Shown here piece by piece: positions 29,240-39,687 of a stretch of DNA of 64,000 bases. The notes under the pieces were generated by a model, which saw only the letters and a program-made list of their open reading frames with translations, did no database searches and was not told where the DNA came from. Within the stretch, counting starts at the first letter, position 1. Each line of letters starts with the position of its first letter. The stretch covers positions 544,001-608,000 of the forward strand of contig CAXXGO010000003.1 of assembly GCA_963666835.2 (NCBI GenBank), given 5' to 3'. Source of the DNA: Phycisphaerae bacterium. GTDB taxonomy: Bacteria > Planctomycetota > Phycisphaerae > UBA1845. Made by a program: the position numbers and the translations under genes.

Positions 29240-29936
29240 GCCCTTCTCCGTCCGGTCGCATCTCGCCGGCGATTCTCCCGTCCTTGATCATGATGACGCG
29301 GTCGGCGTATGCAGCGCCGGTCGGCTCGTGAGTGACCGCCAACACCGTTCGACCATCCCGGTTTGCCAGCCGCTTCAGCAGCGCCCAGATTGCTTCTCCA
29401 TGACGTGAATCGAGATTCCCGGTGGGCTCGTCGGCCAGCAACAAAGCCGGGTCGTTCATCAGAGCCCGAGCAATCGCCACTCTCTGCTGTTCGCCACCGG
29501 ACATTGCCTGGGGACGATGGCTACGGCGGTGGCCCAGGTCCACAAGCTCCAACAAATCCGCGGTGCGCTGGTCGACCATCGCAACCGGGACGCCGTCGAT
29601 GATCGCGGGGAGGGCGACGTTTTCCATGGCCGATAAATTCGGAAGGAGGTTGTATTGCTGAAACACGATGCCGAGCCGGCGACGCCTGAACAGAGTGCGT
29701 TGTCGGTCGGACATTCCTCCAAGATCCCGGCCTTCGATACGGATCGTCCCGGCCGTTGGCTTATCCAGACCGCCGACGAGGTGCAGCAAAGTGCTCTTTC
29801 CGGAGCCGCTGGCCCCCATGATCGCGAGAAACTCGCCCTCCTCGACAGTCAGGGAAACATCCGCCAAGGCTCGAACCGGTTCCCCACCCGAGTTGAAGTC
29901 CTTACGCAGAGAACTGACCTGTAGCGCCTGGTTCAT
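29196..29936 (-). CDS. ABC transporter ATP-binding protein (LolD/MacB-like)
   Basis: GASGSGKST, MSGGEQQRVAIARAL, LLADEPTGNLD, VTHE; start moved to ATG 29936. Confidence 0.95.
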   Translation of the reverse strand: MNQALQVSSLRKDFNSGGEPVRALADVSLTVEEGEFLAIMGASGSGKSTLLHLVGGLDKPTAGTIRIEGRDLGGMSDRQRTLFRRRRLGIVFQQYNLLPNLSAMENVALPAIIDGVPVAMVDQRTADLLELVDLGHRRSHRPQAMSGGEQQRVAIARALMNDPALLLADEPTGNLDSRHGEAIWALLKRLANRDGRTVLAVTHEPTGAAYADRVIMIKDGRIAGEMRPDGEGHAAHVAACYAELAD

Positions 29937-30101
29937 CCATCGCATTGTAAGCGCGTAGTCTCCCTCGTGCCAATGATGGCTCCCCCGCAAGAGAAAGAAC
30001 CGACGCTCGCCGCAAGGACGAGCGTCGGGGTTGTCTTCGCAGGTGGCGGGTGGACCCGGACCGAGCATTTCGGGGACTTATCCGGGACTCGCCCGAGCGA
30101 C

Positions 30102-30512
30102 CTATCCGAACATGGGCGGGCTATAATCCTGAGGCGCAAGTTCCTCGAACCGGTCCTCCGTCGGGTGCACCCAGGCTACCGGAGGGTGTTTCTCTTTCTT
30201 GATCTCGATCTTCATTCTGCCCTTCTTTCCTCTCTTCTTAAACGTCTTCTTTCTCATCCCATCAGACTTGTCGCGTCTCTTGCGGTCAATCTCCGCCGTG
30301 GTCTTATTGGTTCTGTCGTGGTGTTTCTTCGTCCTGGCCTTGTCATCAGACGCCGATGCACGCGTCTTCTTCCCTTTCACGACGCTCTGCTCTTCTATCC
30401 TCATCGCCTTCGAATCGGGCTCGCGCGAAACGAACCAGTACGTACTCCCTGCGCCCAGCACAAAAACACCCAGGATCACCGCCGAGATCATCTGCTTCTT
30501 GTCTTCAACCAT
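30102..30512 (-). CDS. Lys/Arg-rich single-TM hypothetical protein (136 aa), paralog A
   Basis: ATG 30512 with GGGAG RBS; TM ending LGAGSTYWFV; basic middle; tail PPVAWVHPTEDRFEELAPQDYSPPMFG. Confidence 0.8.
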   Translation of the reverse strand: MVEDKKQMISAVILGVFVLGAGSTYWFVSREPDSKAMRIEEQSVVKGKKTRASASDDKARTKKHHDRTNKTTAEIDRKRRDKSDGMRKKTFKKRGKKGRMKIEIKKEKHPPVAWVHPTEDRFEELAPQDYSPPMFG

Positions 30513-30645
30513 GATTGCTATCTCCCAAGAGGTGTGACTGTTCTTCCTGCTTTGCGTCCCTACCGGCATTGCACGACATGACGGCTACGCAAGCCGCCTC
30601 GACTTTGTGTCTCCACAGTGTCAGCAACACCGAATCAACACTTGA

Positions 30646-30673
30646 TTGGACGTGCGGCTGTCCGGGAAGTTCC
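30646..30673 (-). promoter_or_regulatory. ECF-sigma-type promoter for paralog A
   Basis: GGAAC-N16-CGTCCAA (equivalently GGAACTT-N15-GTCCAA, the RpoE-like pattern); the -35 lies inside the perfect palindrome 30660..30678. Confidence 0.6.
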
Positions 30674-30901
30674 CGGACTACCCGAACCCGGACCGAGGCG
30701 GGTCGAATTGAGTCTGTCGGACGTCCAGAAGTAACGCCGCCCCCTTGTAGCCGGCCTCACAGCGACGCCGCGAGCTTACACGCCAGGGACTAGCCCCGGC
30801 GCTACAGTAATTCGCGGCCTGAACTGTGCTTCGGCAGATAATTCGGGCTGGCAGTGAATGCAGAGTCGGCTCGGGAGACGGCCGGGCGCACCGGCCAATA
30901 G

Positions 30902-30935
30902 AAAACCGGCGCTCGTCGAGGTGACGAGCGCCGGT
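30902..30935 (-). terminator. Rho-independent terminator after paralog B
   Basis: 13-bp stem ACCGGCGCTCGTC/GACGAGCGCCGGT with a T-run on the minus strand. Confidence 0.8.
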
Positions 30936-31008
30936 CTTATCTTCATGGAGAGAACGGGGACCGCTACCGACGTTTGGACGCCCGAATCAGCAAGGTCCTC
31001 GATGCTGC

Positions 31009-31425
31009 CTACGCGAAGCTGGGCGGCCGGAAATCCTGAATCTCCAGTTCCTCGAACCAGTCCTCCTGCGGAGGCATCCAAGCAGCCGGCGGGAGCTCCT
31101 TCTTCTTCTTCTCGATCTTCCTTCCGCCCCTGCTCCTTCTCTTCTTGGTAGTCTTCTTCTTCTCTCTATCGGATCTGTCGCGTGTTTTGCGCTCGACCCT
31201 CTCTGCCTTCGCCTCAGTCCTGTCGCGTGTTTTCTTCTTCTTCTTGGACTTATCGTCGTCTTCCGAAGAACGTCTCTTCTTCTTCTCCGTCGAGCTGGGG
31301 CCCTCCTTCAGCTTCATAGTCTGCGGACCGGTGTCACGAAGAACGAACCAGTAGGTGCTGCCCGCGCCCAATACAAGCACCCCCAGCACCCCCAGCATAA
31401 CCGTCTGTCTCTTATTGTCAGCCAC
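31009..31425 (-). CDS. Lys/Arg-rich single-TM hypothetical protein (138 aa), paralog B
   Basis: GTG 31425 with GGGAGG RBS; LGAGSTYWFV; KKKKK runs; tail PPAAWMPPQEDWFEELEIQDFRPPSFA. Confidence 0.8.
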   Translation of the reverse strand: MADNKRQTVMLGVLGVLVLGAGSTYWFVLRDTGPQTMKLKEGPSSTEKKKRRSSEDDDKSKKKKKTRDRTEAKAERVERKTRDRSDREKKKTTKKRRSRGGRKIEKKKKELPPAAWMPPQEDWFEELEIQDFRPPSFA

Positions 31426-31565
31426 GATAGCGACCTCCCATGAAGCAATACCGTACTTATCCTGCCCCCTGTAGCTGTATTCGACCAGTATGCGTGGTCG
31501 ATTCAGTCTCGTCAAGGAGCGTCGCCGGGCGGGCGCCGCGTCGCTGGCAAAGTCCGCCCTAATAA

Positions 31566-31594
31566 TAAGACGCCCGGGGCGTATTCCTGGTTCC
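31566..31594 (-). promoter_or_regulatory. ECF-sigma-type promoter for paralog B
   Basis: GGAAC-N17-CGTCTTA on the minus strand, about 140 bp upstream of the start. Confidence 0.55.
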
Positions 31595-31817
31595 ACACAT
31601 TCTCGCGGGATGACCAGCAGTACGCCCGCGTCCGGTTTTCACACCCCTCTGCGATCGGCCCTCCGGAATAAGTTCGCTCGTGAGCGAAAACGGTGCTGCG
31701 ACGGCGTGTTGATTCGACAATCTGATCTGCTAACCTGCGTTCGGTCTTGTTATTGCATGCAGTCCCGCGGGTTGAACGTGGGCCCGTGTAACTAATAATT
31801 CAAGGGTGACAGTCGCC

Positions 31818-32708
31818 ATGAAGATCGGATTCAGCTCGGTTGTGTGTCCGGATTGGGACCTTGAGACCATTTTGTCCAAGGCCGTGGAAGCAGGGTTCAC
31901 CGGGGTCGAGTTGCACGTTTCGGAAGGCAAGACCCCGCTAGGCGAGTTGGCCCGTGATCCGGATGATGTGCGGCGGAGATTCGCGGAGAAGAACGTCGAA
32001 ATCGTCTGCCTAAGCACTTCGATAGCTCTGGATTCGTGCATGGAGAACGAGCTGGCTTCGGCGCGGGCCGCCATCGAGGAAGTTGTCGAGCTCGCCGCTC
32101 AGCTAGCATGCCCGTTTGTGCGCATCCCGGCCGGAGAACTCCAGGTGTTGGACAACAAGCGGTTTGCCGTGTCCAGGATCGCTGCCGAGGTTGCCCAGTT
32201 GGTGCCGAGCGTGACTCGGCACAATGTGACCCTGCTGGTGGAGAACGGTGGAGACCTGCCCGGAAGCGAAGCACTCTGGTTCGTTGCTGATGCGGTAAAC
32301 CACCCGGCCGTCAAGGTCTGTTGGAGCCAGTGCACCGCCATGACGCTCGGCGAGCGGGCAACGGTATCCCTGCCGCGAATGAGTACGAAACTCGGCTTGG
32401 TTCATATCACCGACGCCGAATACGACCGCCGGAACCTCTTGAGCCAGTACAAGCTTCCCGGTCAGGGTCAGACGGAGGTAGCGAAGCAGATCGAGTTACT
32501 CAAGGGGCTGATGTACGACGGGTATCTGGTATTCGTCTGGCCGAAAGCTCAGGTCGAGTCATTGCCGGAGCCGGAGGTAGCCCTTCCCGAGGCGTCTGCG
32601 TTCCTGCGTGCCTGCTTGGACAGTCAGCAGGACGTTCTCTCCGCCTATAAGATCGACAAACGCAAGGTCAAATTCGCTTCGCGGATCGCGGCTGTCGGAC
32701 AGGAGTAG
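31818..32708 (+). CDS. Sugar phosphate isomerase/epimerase-family TIM barrel (xylose isomerase-like)
   Basis: MKIGFSSVVCPDWDL, GFTGVEL, CPFVRI, LLVEN, HITD, YDGYL. Confidence 0.85.
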   Translation: MKIGFSSVVCPDWDLETILSKAVEAGFTGVELHVSEGKTPLGELARDPDDVRRRFAEKNVEIVCLSTSIALDSCMENELASARAAIEEVVELAAQLACPFVRIPAGELQVLDNKRFAVSRIAAEVAQLVPSVTRHNVTLLVENGGDLPGSEALWFVADAVNHPAVKVCWSQCTAMTLGERATVSLPRMSTKLGLVHITDAEYDRRNLLSQYKLPGQGQTEVAKQIELLKGLMYDGYLVFVWPKAQVESLPEPEVALPEASAFLRACLDSQQDVLSAYKIDKRKVKFASRIAAVGQE

Positions 32709-32772
32709 CGCCTCGTAGCGACGCGGGCATGACGGCCGGAGAAGCGCAAGACCTTCAGGAGGAAGTCGCTGA

Positions 32773-34128
32773 GTGATTCCACGGGTCGTTGTCGCGCTTG
32801 GCTGCACGCTAATCGTAGCCGCGGGAGTGGTAGCAGCTTCCGTATCCGGCGGATCGAGACTCTCCTCGCTGCCCCGTTCGGCTGCATTCGGCTGTGCAGC
32901 CCTTTCTCTGCTCTGCTCCGGGCTGGTCGCAGCGATGCTACATACAACGAACGAGTGCCCATCCGGAGCTCCCCGTGAGTCGAGTGCAGTCTCTGCGGCG
33001 CGATTGACGGCACTTCTTTCGGCCGTACTGGCATCGACGCTTCTTGTGCTGACCCTCGGCATTCGCATTGTCTACGTAGTCGTGGACCTGCTTCATGTAT
33101 ATCCGTCGGAAGCCGGCGCCGAATTCGGGTACGATATGCTGGGGTTGTGGAGTCTGGGTCTGCTGCTCACATCCTGCGTCATCTCTCAGGTTTCCACCCG
33201 CGATCCGCAACTTCCGGCATGCACGCTGTTGATAGCCACGGTAGCGACGGTGTGGGTGAGTCTCTCGGCTCCGGTCTACCGCATGGCCTCCTTCGGCGGA
33301 GTGGAACAAGCCGGGGCGTCCGCGTTGTTGATGGTCTCGCTGGCAGCATTGCTGGTTGCGGCGGGCCTGTTCGCGGCACTGGCGGCGAGGCGTAACCGCC
33401 CGGGGGAGAAAGTCTCTGCGCCGGCAGGTTCCGCGTCAGTATCCTGGCCGGGGTTTGATCGCACCTGCGGGAGTCTGGCGCTCGCGTTGATTATACTGGC
33501 GGCTTACCAGTTGGCTGTCCCGCTTCCGCTAAGTTGGGGCGGGTTTCGCGGTGCCGCGGGCGTACAGGCCGTCAGCGCCGCCCTGGGTGCCTGTGGATGC
33601 TATCTACTGATTTCGCCCTCGTGGAACGCTCGCCTGGCAGACGCAGTGGGGGCACTCGGTTCGCTCTCGCTGTGCGGGGCGGCCGTGGCGGTCCTCCCGG
33701 AGCAACCGGTCTCTCTTGTTGAACGGTACCCGATGGTGTTTAACGCGATGATTGTCGCTTTGGCTATCGCGGTGGCGATCTGCACGTGGAGTGTTGCCAC
33801 GTGCGGGGCGGGCTGTTCCACGCCTTCTATTCGCGCGAGATTCGTACCGCTCGCCAAGCGATTCGCGTTCATCGACGCCGTCTTTGCCCTGACGGTAGCA
33901 GGCTTGATGGCCCTTTGGCCTCGGATGCGGTCGATCGGCATTCCGGACGACTCCCTGGGTCGAGTGACGGCCGGCTTCGGCGCCAACCTGTTCCTTCTGT
34001 TGGTTATGTTGTGGTGCTCGCGCCGTCTGAAGCGGATGACGCTGCACATTCTGACTCTGCTGGCGCTGCTCTCGGCGGCGGGGTTCATGGTGATGCGGAT
34101 GCGCCCGTTCACCCCCAGTTACGGCTAG
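32773..34128 (+). CDS. Multi-pass membrane protein of unknown function
   Basis: 451-aa ORF with many hydrophobic helices. Confidence 0.7.
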   Translation: MIPRVVVALGCTLIVAAGVVAASVSGGSRLSSLPRSAAFGCAALSLLCSGLVAAMLHTTNECPSGAPRESSAVSAARLTALLSAVLASTLLVLTLGIRIVYVVVDLLHVYPSEAGAEFGYDMLGLWSLGLLLTSCVISQVSTRDPQLPACTLLIATVATVWVSLSAPVYRMASFGGVEQAGASALLMVSLAALLVAAGLFAALAARRNRPGEKVSAPAGSASVSWPGFDRTCGSLALALIILAAYQLAVPLPLSWGGFRGAAGVQAVSAALGACGCYLLISPSWNARLADAVGALGSLSLCGAAVAVLPEQPVSLVERYPMVFNAMIVALAIAVAICTWSVATCGAGCSTPSIRARFVPLAKRFAFIDAVFALTVAGLMALWPRMRSIGIPDDSLGRVTAGFGANLFLLLVMLWCSRRLKRMTLHILTLLALLSAAGFMVMRMRPFTPSYG

Positions 34129-34195
34129 AAACAACCGCGCGAATGGAAGCCGGGTCTCGGCCACAATTGCGCGGTCATTGATGGAGCGAATTCTC

Positions 34196-34645
34196 ATGCG
34201 AGCTGTGGTTCAGCGAGTAGACGAGGCGAGAGTGGTCGTGGACGGAACAGTGCACAGCTCGATCGCGCGCGGGCTGTTGGTATACCTCGGGGTCGACCGC
34301 GACGACGGCGAGGCTGACGTGGTGTATCTGGCGGACAAAGTGCGTCATCTACGGATCTTCAGCGACGATGCGGACCGGATGAATCTGAATGTCGGGCAGG
34401 TCGGCGGCGCTGTAATGGTGGTGAGCGCCTTCACCATTCAGGGGGATGCCCGCCGAGGGCGCCGTCCGTCGTTTGAGCAGGCGGCCGCCCCCGATCGAGC
34501 CCTCGTGGTCTACGGAATGTTCTGCGACGCGTTGAGTCAGACCGGGATCCGCGTCGAGCGTGGGAGCTTCGGCAATACGATGGAAGTCCGGTCGGCCAAC
34601 GCCGGGCCCGTATGCATCCTGCTTGAATCGCGCCGGGTGTTCTGA
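34196..34645 (+). CDS. dtd: D-aminoacyl-tRNA deacylase
   Basis: MRAVVQRV, LRIFSD, VSAFTI, GRRPSF, NAGPV. Confidence 0.95.
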   Translation: MRAVVQRVDEARVVVDGTVHSSIARGLLVYLGVDRDDGEADVVYLADKVRHLRIFSDDADRMNLNVGQVGGAVMVVSAFTIQGDARRGRRPSFEQAAAPDRALVVYGMFCDALSQTGIRVERGSFGNTMEVRSANAGPVCILLESRRVF

Positions 34646-34801
34646 AAGGCCTCGCCCGCAAGCTCGATTGCTCCCTGCGCGCGGCCATGATGAAAGGAAG
34701 ACAACCGGCTTCGCTGCCCCCAAATGTCGGGGGCAGGTCACCGGTTGCTTCCCTTCCTCCTGATAAGCTCTCTTGCACTACCTGCGGAAGCTGAGCCCTA
34801 T

Positions 34802-37800
34802 CTACGAGTTGGGGCCGGTGAAGTTGGTCTGCAGGATTGCATAATCGGCAACGTCGACGTCGCAATCGTCGTCAAGATCGCCAACGGTGCTACCATCGGG
34901 ATTAATCTCAGCCCCGTTCGGCGTCAGGTCACAGACATCATCGTCATTGGTCACCCCGTCGCCGTCGATATCGACATCGCAAGCATCACCGGTTCCGTCA
35001 CCGTCGAAGTCTTCCTGGTCCGGATTGGGTTCGCTCGGGCAATTGTCAGAATCATCAACGACTCCATCACCATCAGAATCGTTCAGTATCGTCAGATCGA
35101 TATCGTCGACCACCCCGTCGCAATTGAAGTCGCCATCCGCCCAACCGCAACTGTCATCGCTGTTGCATCCGGCGGAGCCGGCCGCCATAGTCGCCAGAAC
35201 GATGACCTCATCATCAGTATTCCGAACACCATCCAGATTGGCGTCACCGTACTCGGTTCCCAGGATGACCTCTACTAGCTCCCGGACGTCCTCGGTGTCG
35301 ACCGCCATGTCGCCATTCATATCACAGCTCAGGTCCATCATCACGGCCTCAGCCAGATTCGACCAATCTCCCAGATTGCGGCAAACATAGTCAATATCGC
35401 GCGAATCGACCAAGCCGTCCCAACCCAACGGTTGAGCTCCGGCCACAGGACCAGTCTTCGTATCGCCGGCAACATCGCCGCGGAAATCTCCGGGAGCGTA
35501 GGCCTTGCCGGTCTTCAGAAGGCCGCCGATGTCAGTCGGAGCGTTGAAAGTCGGGTCGGCGGGCGGGGCCGCCGGCGGAACGAGTTGAGGTCCCCGATCA
35601 GCCCAAGGATAGGGCAGGCCGACGTCCGCCAGCGCCAGGTCAATAGCAACCGCTCCATCCTTCCGGTTGAGTTGTCCGTCGTTCATGGCCAGCCCATCGG
35701 CAAAGTAGCGCAGATCCTCCTTCGTCAGGTTCCCATCGCCGTCAAAGTCGCCGATCACTTCGGGAATCGCGTTATCCGCGTCCATATCGCCGATATCGCC
35801 GGATCCGGTCGCAACACCGGTGCGTTGCCAGCTTCGCGGCGCGAAGAAAGCCTTGACTAACTCGGTAGCATCATCCAGATCTCGAACGGCATCACCGTTG
35901 AAGTCGCCTTGGATCCGGTTCCGTTCCGCCAACTCCAATCCGGAGCTCACCGTGTCATAGCCGGCACCATCCCAGTAGTAGTAGCTGCCTGTACCGGAGC
36001 CGTCGGAATAGACCCCGCGACGCGACAATAGCGAGTTACGTTTGGGCACGAGCCCGGCTTCGTTGTTGGAGCCGTATGGATCCGTGTCGCCGCCCCAACC
36101 CATGCCGTTGTAGCGGCGTGCGAACTCTTGAAGGTCTGCGTTCGGCAGCACCCGTTCCGGATACTCGGTCGGATTCAGTACGTTGTGGACACAGTCAATA
36201 CCAGCGGGCAAAAAGAACGTGGTAGCCAAGTCCTGCCCCGGCATATTCGCAGCAGACTTGCAGTAGTCGGCGGGATACATGTGGCAATCGCTGTCGTGAA
36301 CGCACTCTTGAATCACACAGTGGTTCTCATTACCTGGACAATCCCCGTCCGCGACGCAAACGACTGCACAATCTCCAGTCAGTCCGGCGGCGACACAGTC
36401 GTCGTCGCCGTCGCATGCTATCGTTGGATCCTCCACGCACACCGCGGTCTCGCACACTCGGCTAGTGTTGCAGATATCCTCCTCCACGCCGGTGGTGAAG
36501 TCATCGATAGCATCGAAGATGTTGTTCAAGTACTCCGCAACCTGCTGATTGTCCAAAGGTGGATTGCTTGCTGCTACAGCAGTGTCATACTTATCCCGAT
36601 GACTCCAAACGCAGAGATCATTCGACGTCGCGCAATCCTGGTCATCGAAACACATCTCGGGGTTTGCGCTACCCAGGGTCGACTCGCACCATCCGTGTCG
36701 ATTCCGGTTCGGATCACCTCGCACACTGAAGGAGCCGCTCCCGGCAATCTGATAACCGAGGCACGGATCGCAATTGTCCAGAATCGCGTCAATCGTCGGA
36801 CGAACGTAGTTGTCCGGCGTATTGCAGGCGGTTTCCCCTGTGTCCTTCCACACGCCGAGAATCTCGTACTTCCCGCCCCGGGCGTCCTTAGCCGCGCGGC
36901 TCGAGCCGGCCACCCCGGTATATCCGACAGCCAGGCGTCGATTCTGCACGGCGTTTTCCATAATACTCGATCCACCGCAGTTCGATGCTTGATGATCGGG
37001 ACCGAGATTAGTCAGACTGGTGATCTTGACTTCGTCGCCGATGTTATCCCCACGACCCCAACTCGTGTCGATCCCGAGAGTACTCATCGCTGCGTTACGC
37101 GTACCGGAGCCAACGTCACGAGTGGCGGCCACGAGGTTCTCACCGTTGGGCAAGCGCCCGCTGGTGAAGAGATACTGGGCCTCGCTGAACTTGACGCTGT
37201 CCCGGCCCGTACCACGATTCGAGATAATGGCTACCGGCACCCACGCCGCCACAAAGTCGAAGATCGTATCTTCGTTGGGGTCGGGGTTCGCCGGATTGTC
37301 AGACCGCCACGTATTCAGCGACTTGCTCACGTCGCGCAGAACACAGGTCTCGCCTTCCGGGCAGTCGCCGTCCTCCCCGCACGGATCGCCGCTCGTATCG
37401 CACCAACCGAAAACACAAATCTCGACTGGCTCACAGGTTTGGCCGTGATTGCAGGCGTAGTCGCCGCAGCACGCCCGACCGGTGAAACTCGTTCCGTCGT
37501 GGCACTCCTTCAGAGGGCAGTGGTCTTCGGCGGAGTAGCAGGGCATCGGTACGCAGGGCCCGTTAAGCCCCAAGGCCGTGCAATCCGAGGTAGACTCGCA
37601 AGATGTCCGATGGTCATCTCCGCACCAATTGCTGCTGCTGCAAGCCCCTAGCTCTCTTGTTAGACTCGCAAGTTGGCTGATGTTTCCACTGGACGACGGG
37701 ACCGGGCACGTTCCATACCCATCCCCGGCCGGTGGAGTATCCCAGGCAGCGGCACCTTCCGGTCCACGCACGCCCCACGCCCCCGGCACGTCCATGAATG

Positions 37801-38404
37801 CGAATTCGATTTCGCACGGTACGAAGGGCGTCCCACTGCAATGGGTCCCAACGGACTCCGGGATACCCTCGGAACAATACTCGTAGTGTTGAATAAGGCC
37901 GCGTTCCGTCGGCGGCAATACCGGGATTGCTCCGATTGTCTGATTCTCGACGAACTCGTTGAGCCCGTTAACCGAACCGACACTGCGATACTGGAACATC
38001 CACCACCACGGTTGGGTCTGCGGATACATTCCCACCAGTTGGTCCGTGAAAGGAAAAGTCGGCAGTTGTCCTGCAAAACCATCGCCATCGACGTCGATCC
38101 AGTCGTTTGTGGAAGCGGGCCGACTGAAGAAATCGGCAAACAGGCTTGCTCCCGACCCACTGACCTGACCCCCATCGGTCAAGAACCCGGGTTCGTTGAT
38201 CGGGCCTTCCGTGCAGCAGCCGTTATCAAAAACGCACACCTCGCCATCAGTGCAATCCGCATCCTCCCAACAGGGCAGCAACGTCCCCGAGCCGGCGGAG
38301 GAAGCGTCATCACAGTAGCCCACGCAGTCCGCCACAGTCCTCGTTGACCAAGATAACATCATCCCGCACACAGCAAGCAACCACGCCATTCTCGCTCGTT
38401 TCAT
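34802..38404 (-). CDS. 1200-aa secreted PstS/DING-like phosphate-binding-fold protein with Cys-rich inserts, dockerin-like and TSP3 repeats
   Basis: Signal peptide; PstS-like motifs in order [51 protein letters not shown]-terminal [13 protein letters not shown] and [14 protein letters not shown]. Confidence 0.8.
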   Translation of the reverse strand: MKRARMAWLLAVCGMMLSWSTRTVADCVGYCDDASSAGSGTLLPCWEDADCTDGEVCVFDNGCCTEGPINEPGFLTDGGQVSGSGASLFADFFSRPASTNDWIDVDGDGFAGQLPTFPFTDQLVGMYPQTQPWWWMFQYRSVGSVNGLNEFVENQTIGAIPVLPPTERGLIQHYEYCSEGIPESVGTHCSGTPFVPCEIEFAFMDVPGAWGVRGPEGAAAWDTPPAGDGYGTCPVPSSSGNISQLASLTRELGACSSSNWCGDDHRTSCESTSDCTALGLNGPCVPMPCYSAEDHCPLKECHDGTSFTGRACCGDYACNHGQTCEPVEICVFGWCDTSGDPCGEDGDCPEGETCVLRDVSKSLNTWRSDNPANPDPNEDTIFDFVAAWVPVAIISNRGTGRDSVKFSEAQYLFTSGRLPNGENLVAATRDVGSGTRNAAMSTLGIDTSWGRGDNIGDEVKITSLTNLGPDHQASNCGGSSIMENAVQNRRLAVGYTGVAGSSRAAKDARGGKYEILGVWKDTGETACNTPDNYVRPTIDAILDNCDPCLGYQIAGSGSFSVRGDPNRNRHGWCESTLGSANPEMCFDDQDCATSNDLCVWSHRDKYDTAVAASNPPLDNQQVAEYLNNIFDAIDDFTTGVEEDICNTSRVCETAVCVEDPTIACDGDDDCVAAGLTGDCAVVCVADGDCPGNENHCVIQECVHDSDCHMYPADYCKSAANMPGQDLATTFFLPAGIDCVHNVLNPTEYPERVLPNADLQEFARRYNGMGWGGDTDPYGSNNEAGLVPKRNSLLSRRGVYSDGSGTGSYYYWDGAGYDTVSSGLELAERNRIQGDFNGDAVRDLDDATELVKAFFAPRSWQRTGVATGSGDIGDMDADNAIPEVIGDFDGDGNLTKEDLRYFADGLAMNDGQLNRKDGAVAIDLALADVGLPYPWADRGPQLVPPAAPPADPTFNAPTDIGGLLKTGKAYAPGDFRGDVAGDTKTGPVAGAQPLGWDGLVDSRDIDYVCRNLGDWSNLAEAVMMDLSCDMNGDMAVDTEDVRELVEVILGTEYGDANLDGVRNTDDEVIVLATMAAGSAGCNSDDSCGWADGDFNCDGVVDDIDLTILNDSDGDGVVDDSDNCPSEPNPDQEDFDGDGTGDACDVDIDGDGVTNDDDVCDLTPNGAEINPDGSTVGDLDDDCDVDVADYAILQTNFTGPNS

Positions 38405-38477
38405 CGTCGGTCCTTTCTCTCTGCCTGTCCTTCCTTTTTCCCTCCACCGAATTCACTCCACCCCACCTTTGCTAGCA

Positions 38478-39542
38478 TCAATCGTCCATCATATTCGGGT
38501 CCATATTCAGAACGTCACTGGCGCCGGTCAGGGAGTAGTATCGGTCACCCCACAAGCGTTTGCGGACGGACTCCAACGGCATCAAGGGCTCAACGTGTCC
38601 GTCGCAAAACAAGAAGTTCGCGGTCCCGCCGAATCGCTCTCGAAGTCGCTTATCCCCGCCGGGATGATGGCGTCCGACAGCGTTCATCTGCGATACCCCC
38701 GAACTGTGATCGAGGATGTTGACTTTGTTCTTGACATCCTTGCTCTCGAGCAGTCCATAAGTCACTTGGTCATGCTGGAGTCCGTACAAGAAGCCCGACG
38801 CCTGGGGAGCGGCCTCGTATTCGTTGAAGCCGGATCCCACATGGTAGAACGGGTTCACCGGGCGATGCGATTTAACGAGGACCCCCTCGCCGGTTTGAAT
38901 ACCTAGAGCCCGCCAGTTATTGAGGAACTCTGTGGCAACGATGGTCTTTCCCGCCGACCGTATCCGGTTCTCGCGAACAAACTGATTCACGCGTTGGCCA
39001 CCGGACAGTTCCGGCGTGAACTTGTTGCGAGGAATGATCGCCGCGTTGGCGGTGTAGGCCATTCGCGAAGCCTGTTTATCCTGTAGCTCATTCGGCTTGT
39101 CGTCCGAGTTCTGATCTACCTGTTCACCCATTTCCCAATCACTCTCGACCAATCCGGGGTTTGTCCGCGGAGCTCCTCCATGCTCCATCTCCGGGCACTG
39201 AAAGGCCTTTGTCGCTGCCTCACCGGCTTCATACAGGAAGTATGACCAGTGGATGTAGCCGTGTGGATGATTGGCCGTCTGGCTGGCGAGGGACCAGTTG
39301 CCTTCTTCGTCGTCCGGATACAGATAAGCGGTCGGGTACGTCGAGTTCGATACATACAAGTAGTTTGCCAGCGCCTTTCCGATGTGATTAAGATTAGTCG
39401 CGCAAACCACAGCGCGGGTGTGCTTGCGCGCATGACTCAAACTGGGGAGCAGAATCGCCATGAGCATGGCAATGATCGAGATCACCACCAGTAGCTCGAT
39501 GATCGTGAACGCTCCACAAGAAGGCCCTCGATACTTAGTCAT
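38478..39542 (-). CDS. Prepilin-type N-terminal cleavage/methylation domain protein with H-X9-DG-type motif
   Basis: GAFTIIELLVVISIIAMLMAILLPSL...AR...C..NL; FQCP; GRHH...ANFLFCDGHV. Confidence 0.92.
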   Translation of the reverse strand: MTKYRGPSCGAFTIIELLVVISIIAMLMAILLPSLSHARKHTRAVVCATNLNHIGKALANYLYVSNSTYPTAYLYPDDEEGNWSLASQTANHPHGYIHWSYFLYEAGEAATKAFQCPEMEHGGAPRTNPGLVESDWEMGEQVDQNSDDKPNELQDKQASRMAYTANAAIIPRNKFTPELSGGQRVNQFVRENRIRSAGKTIVATEFLNNWRALGIQTGEGVLVKSHRPVNPFYHVGSGFNEYEAAPQASGFLYGLQHDQVTYGLLESKDVKNKVNILDHSSGVSQMNAVGRHHPGGDKRLRERFGGTANFLFCDGHVEPLMPLESVRKRLWGDRYYSLTGASDVLNMDPNMMDD

Positions 39543-39646
39543 CTCCGATGCTCCTTTGCAAACGTGCAGGTACGTCTCACAACCCGGGCAACTGCGATCG
39601 GCCGCACCCCGGACAACCCGACCGCCTGCAGGATTCTCGGAATGCT

Positions 39647-39687
39647 CAGTTAAGGAAGGATGAGCCGTTTGTTAAACTTCGGTCAAG
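39647..39687 (-). promoter_or_regulatory. Putative Pho-box-like direct-repeat array (OmpR/PhoB-family site)
   Basis: Minus strand CTTGACCGAAG|TTTAACAAACG|GCTCATCCTTC|CTTAACTG, four half-sites at exact 11-bp period, about 105 bp upstream of the prepilin start. Confidence 0.6.
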
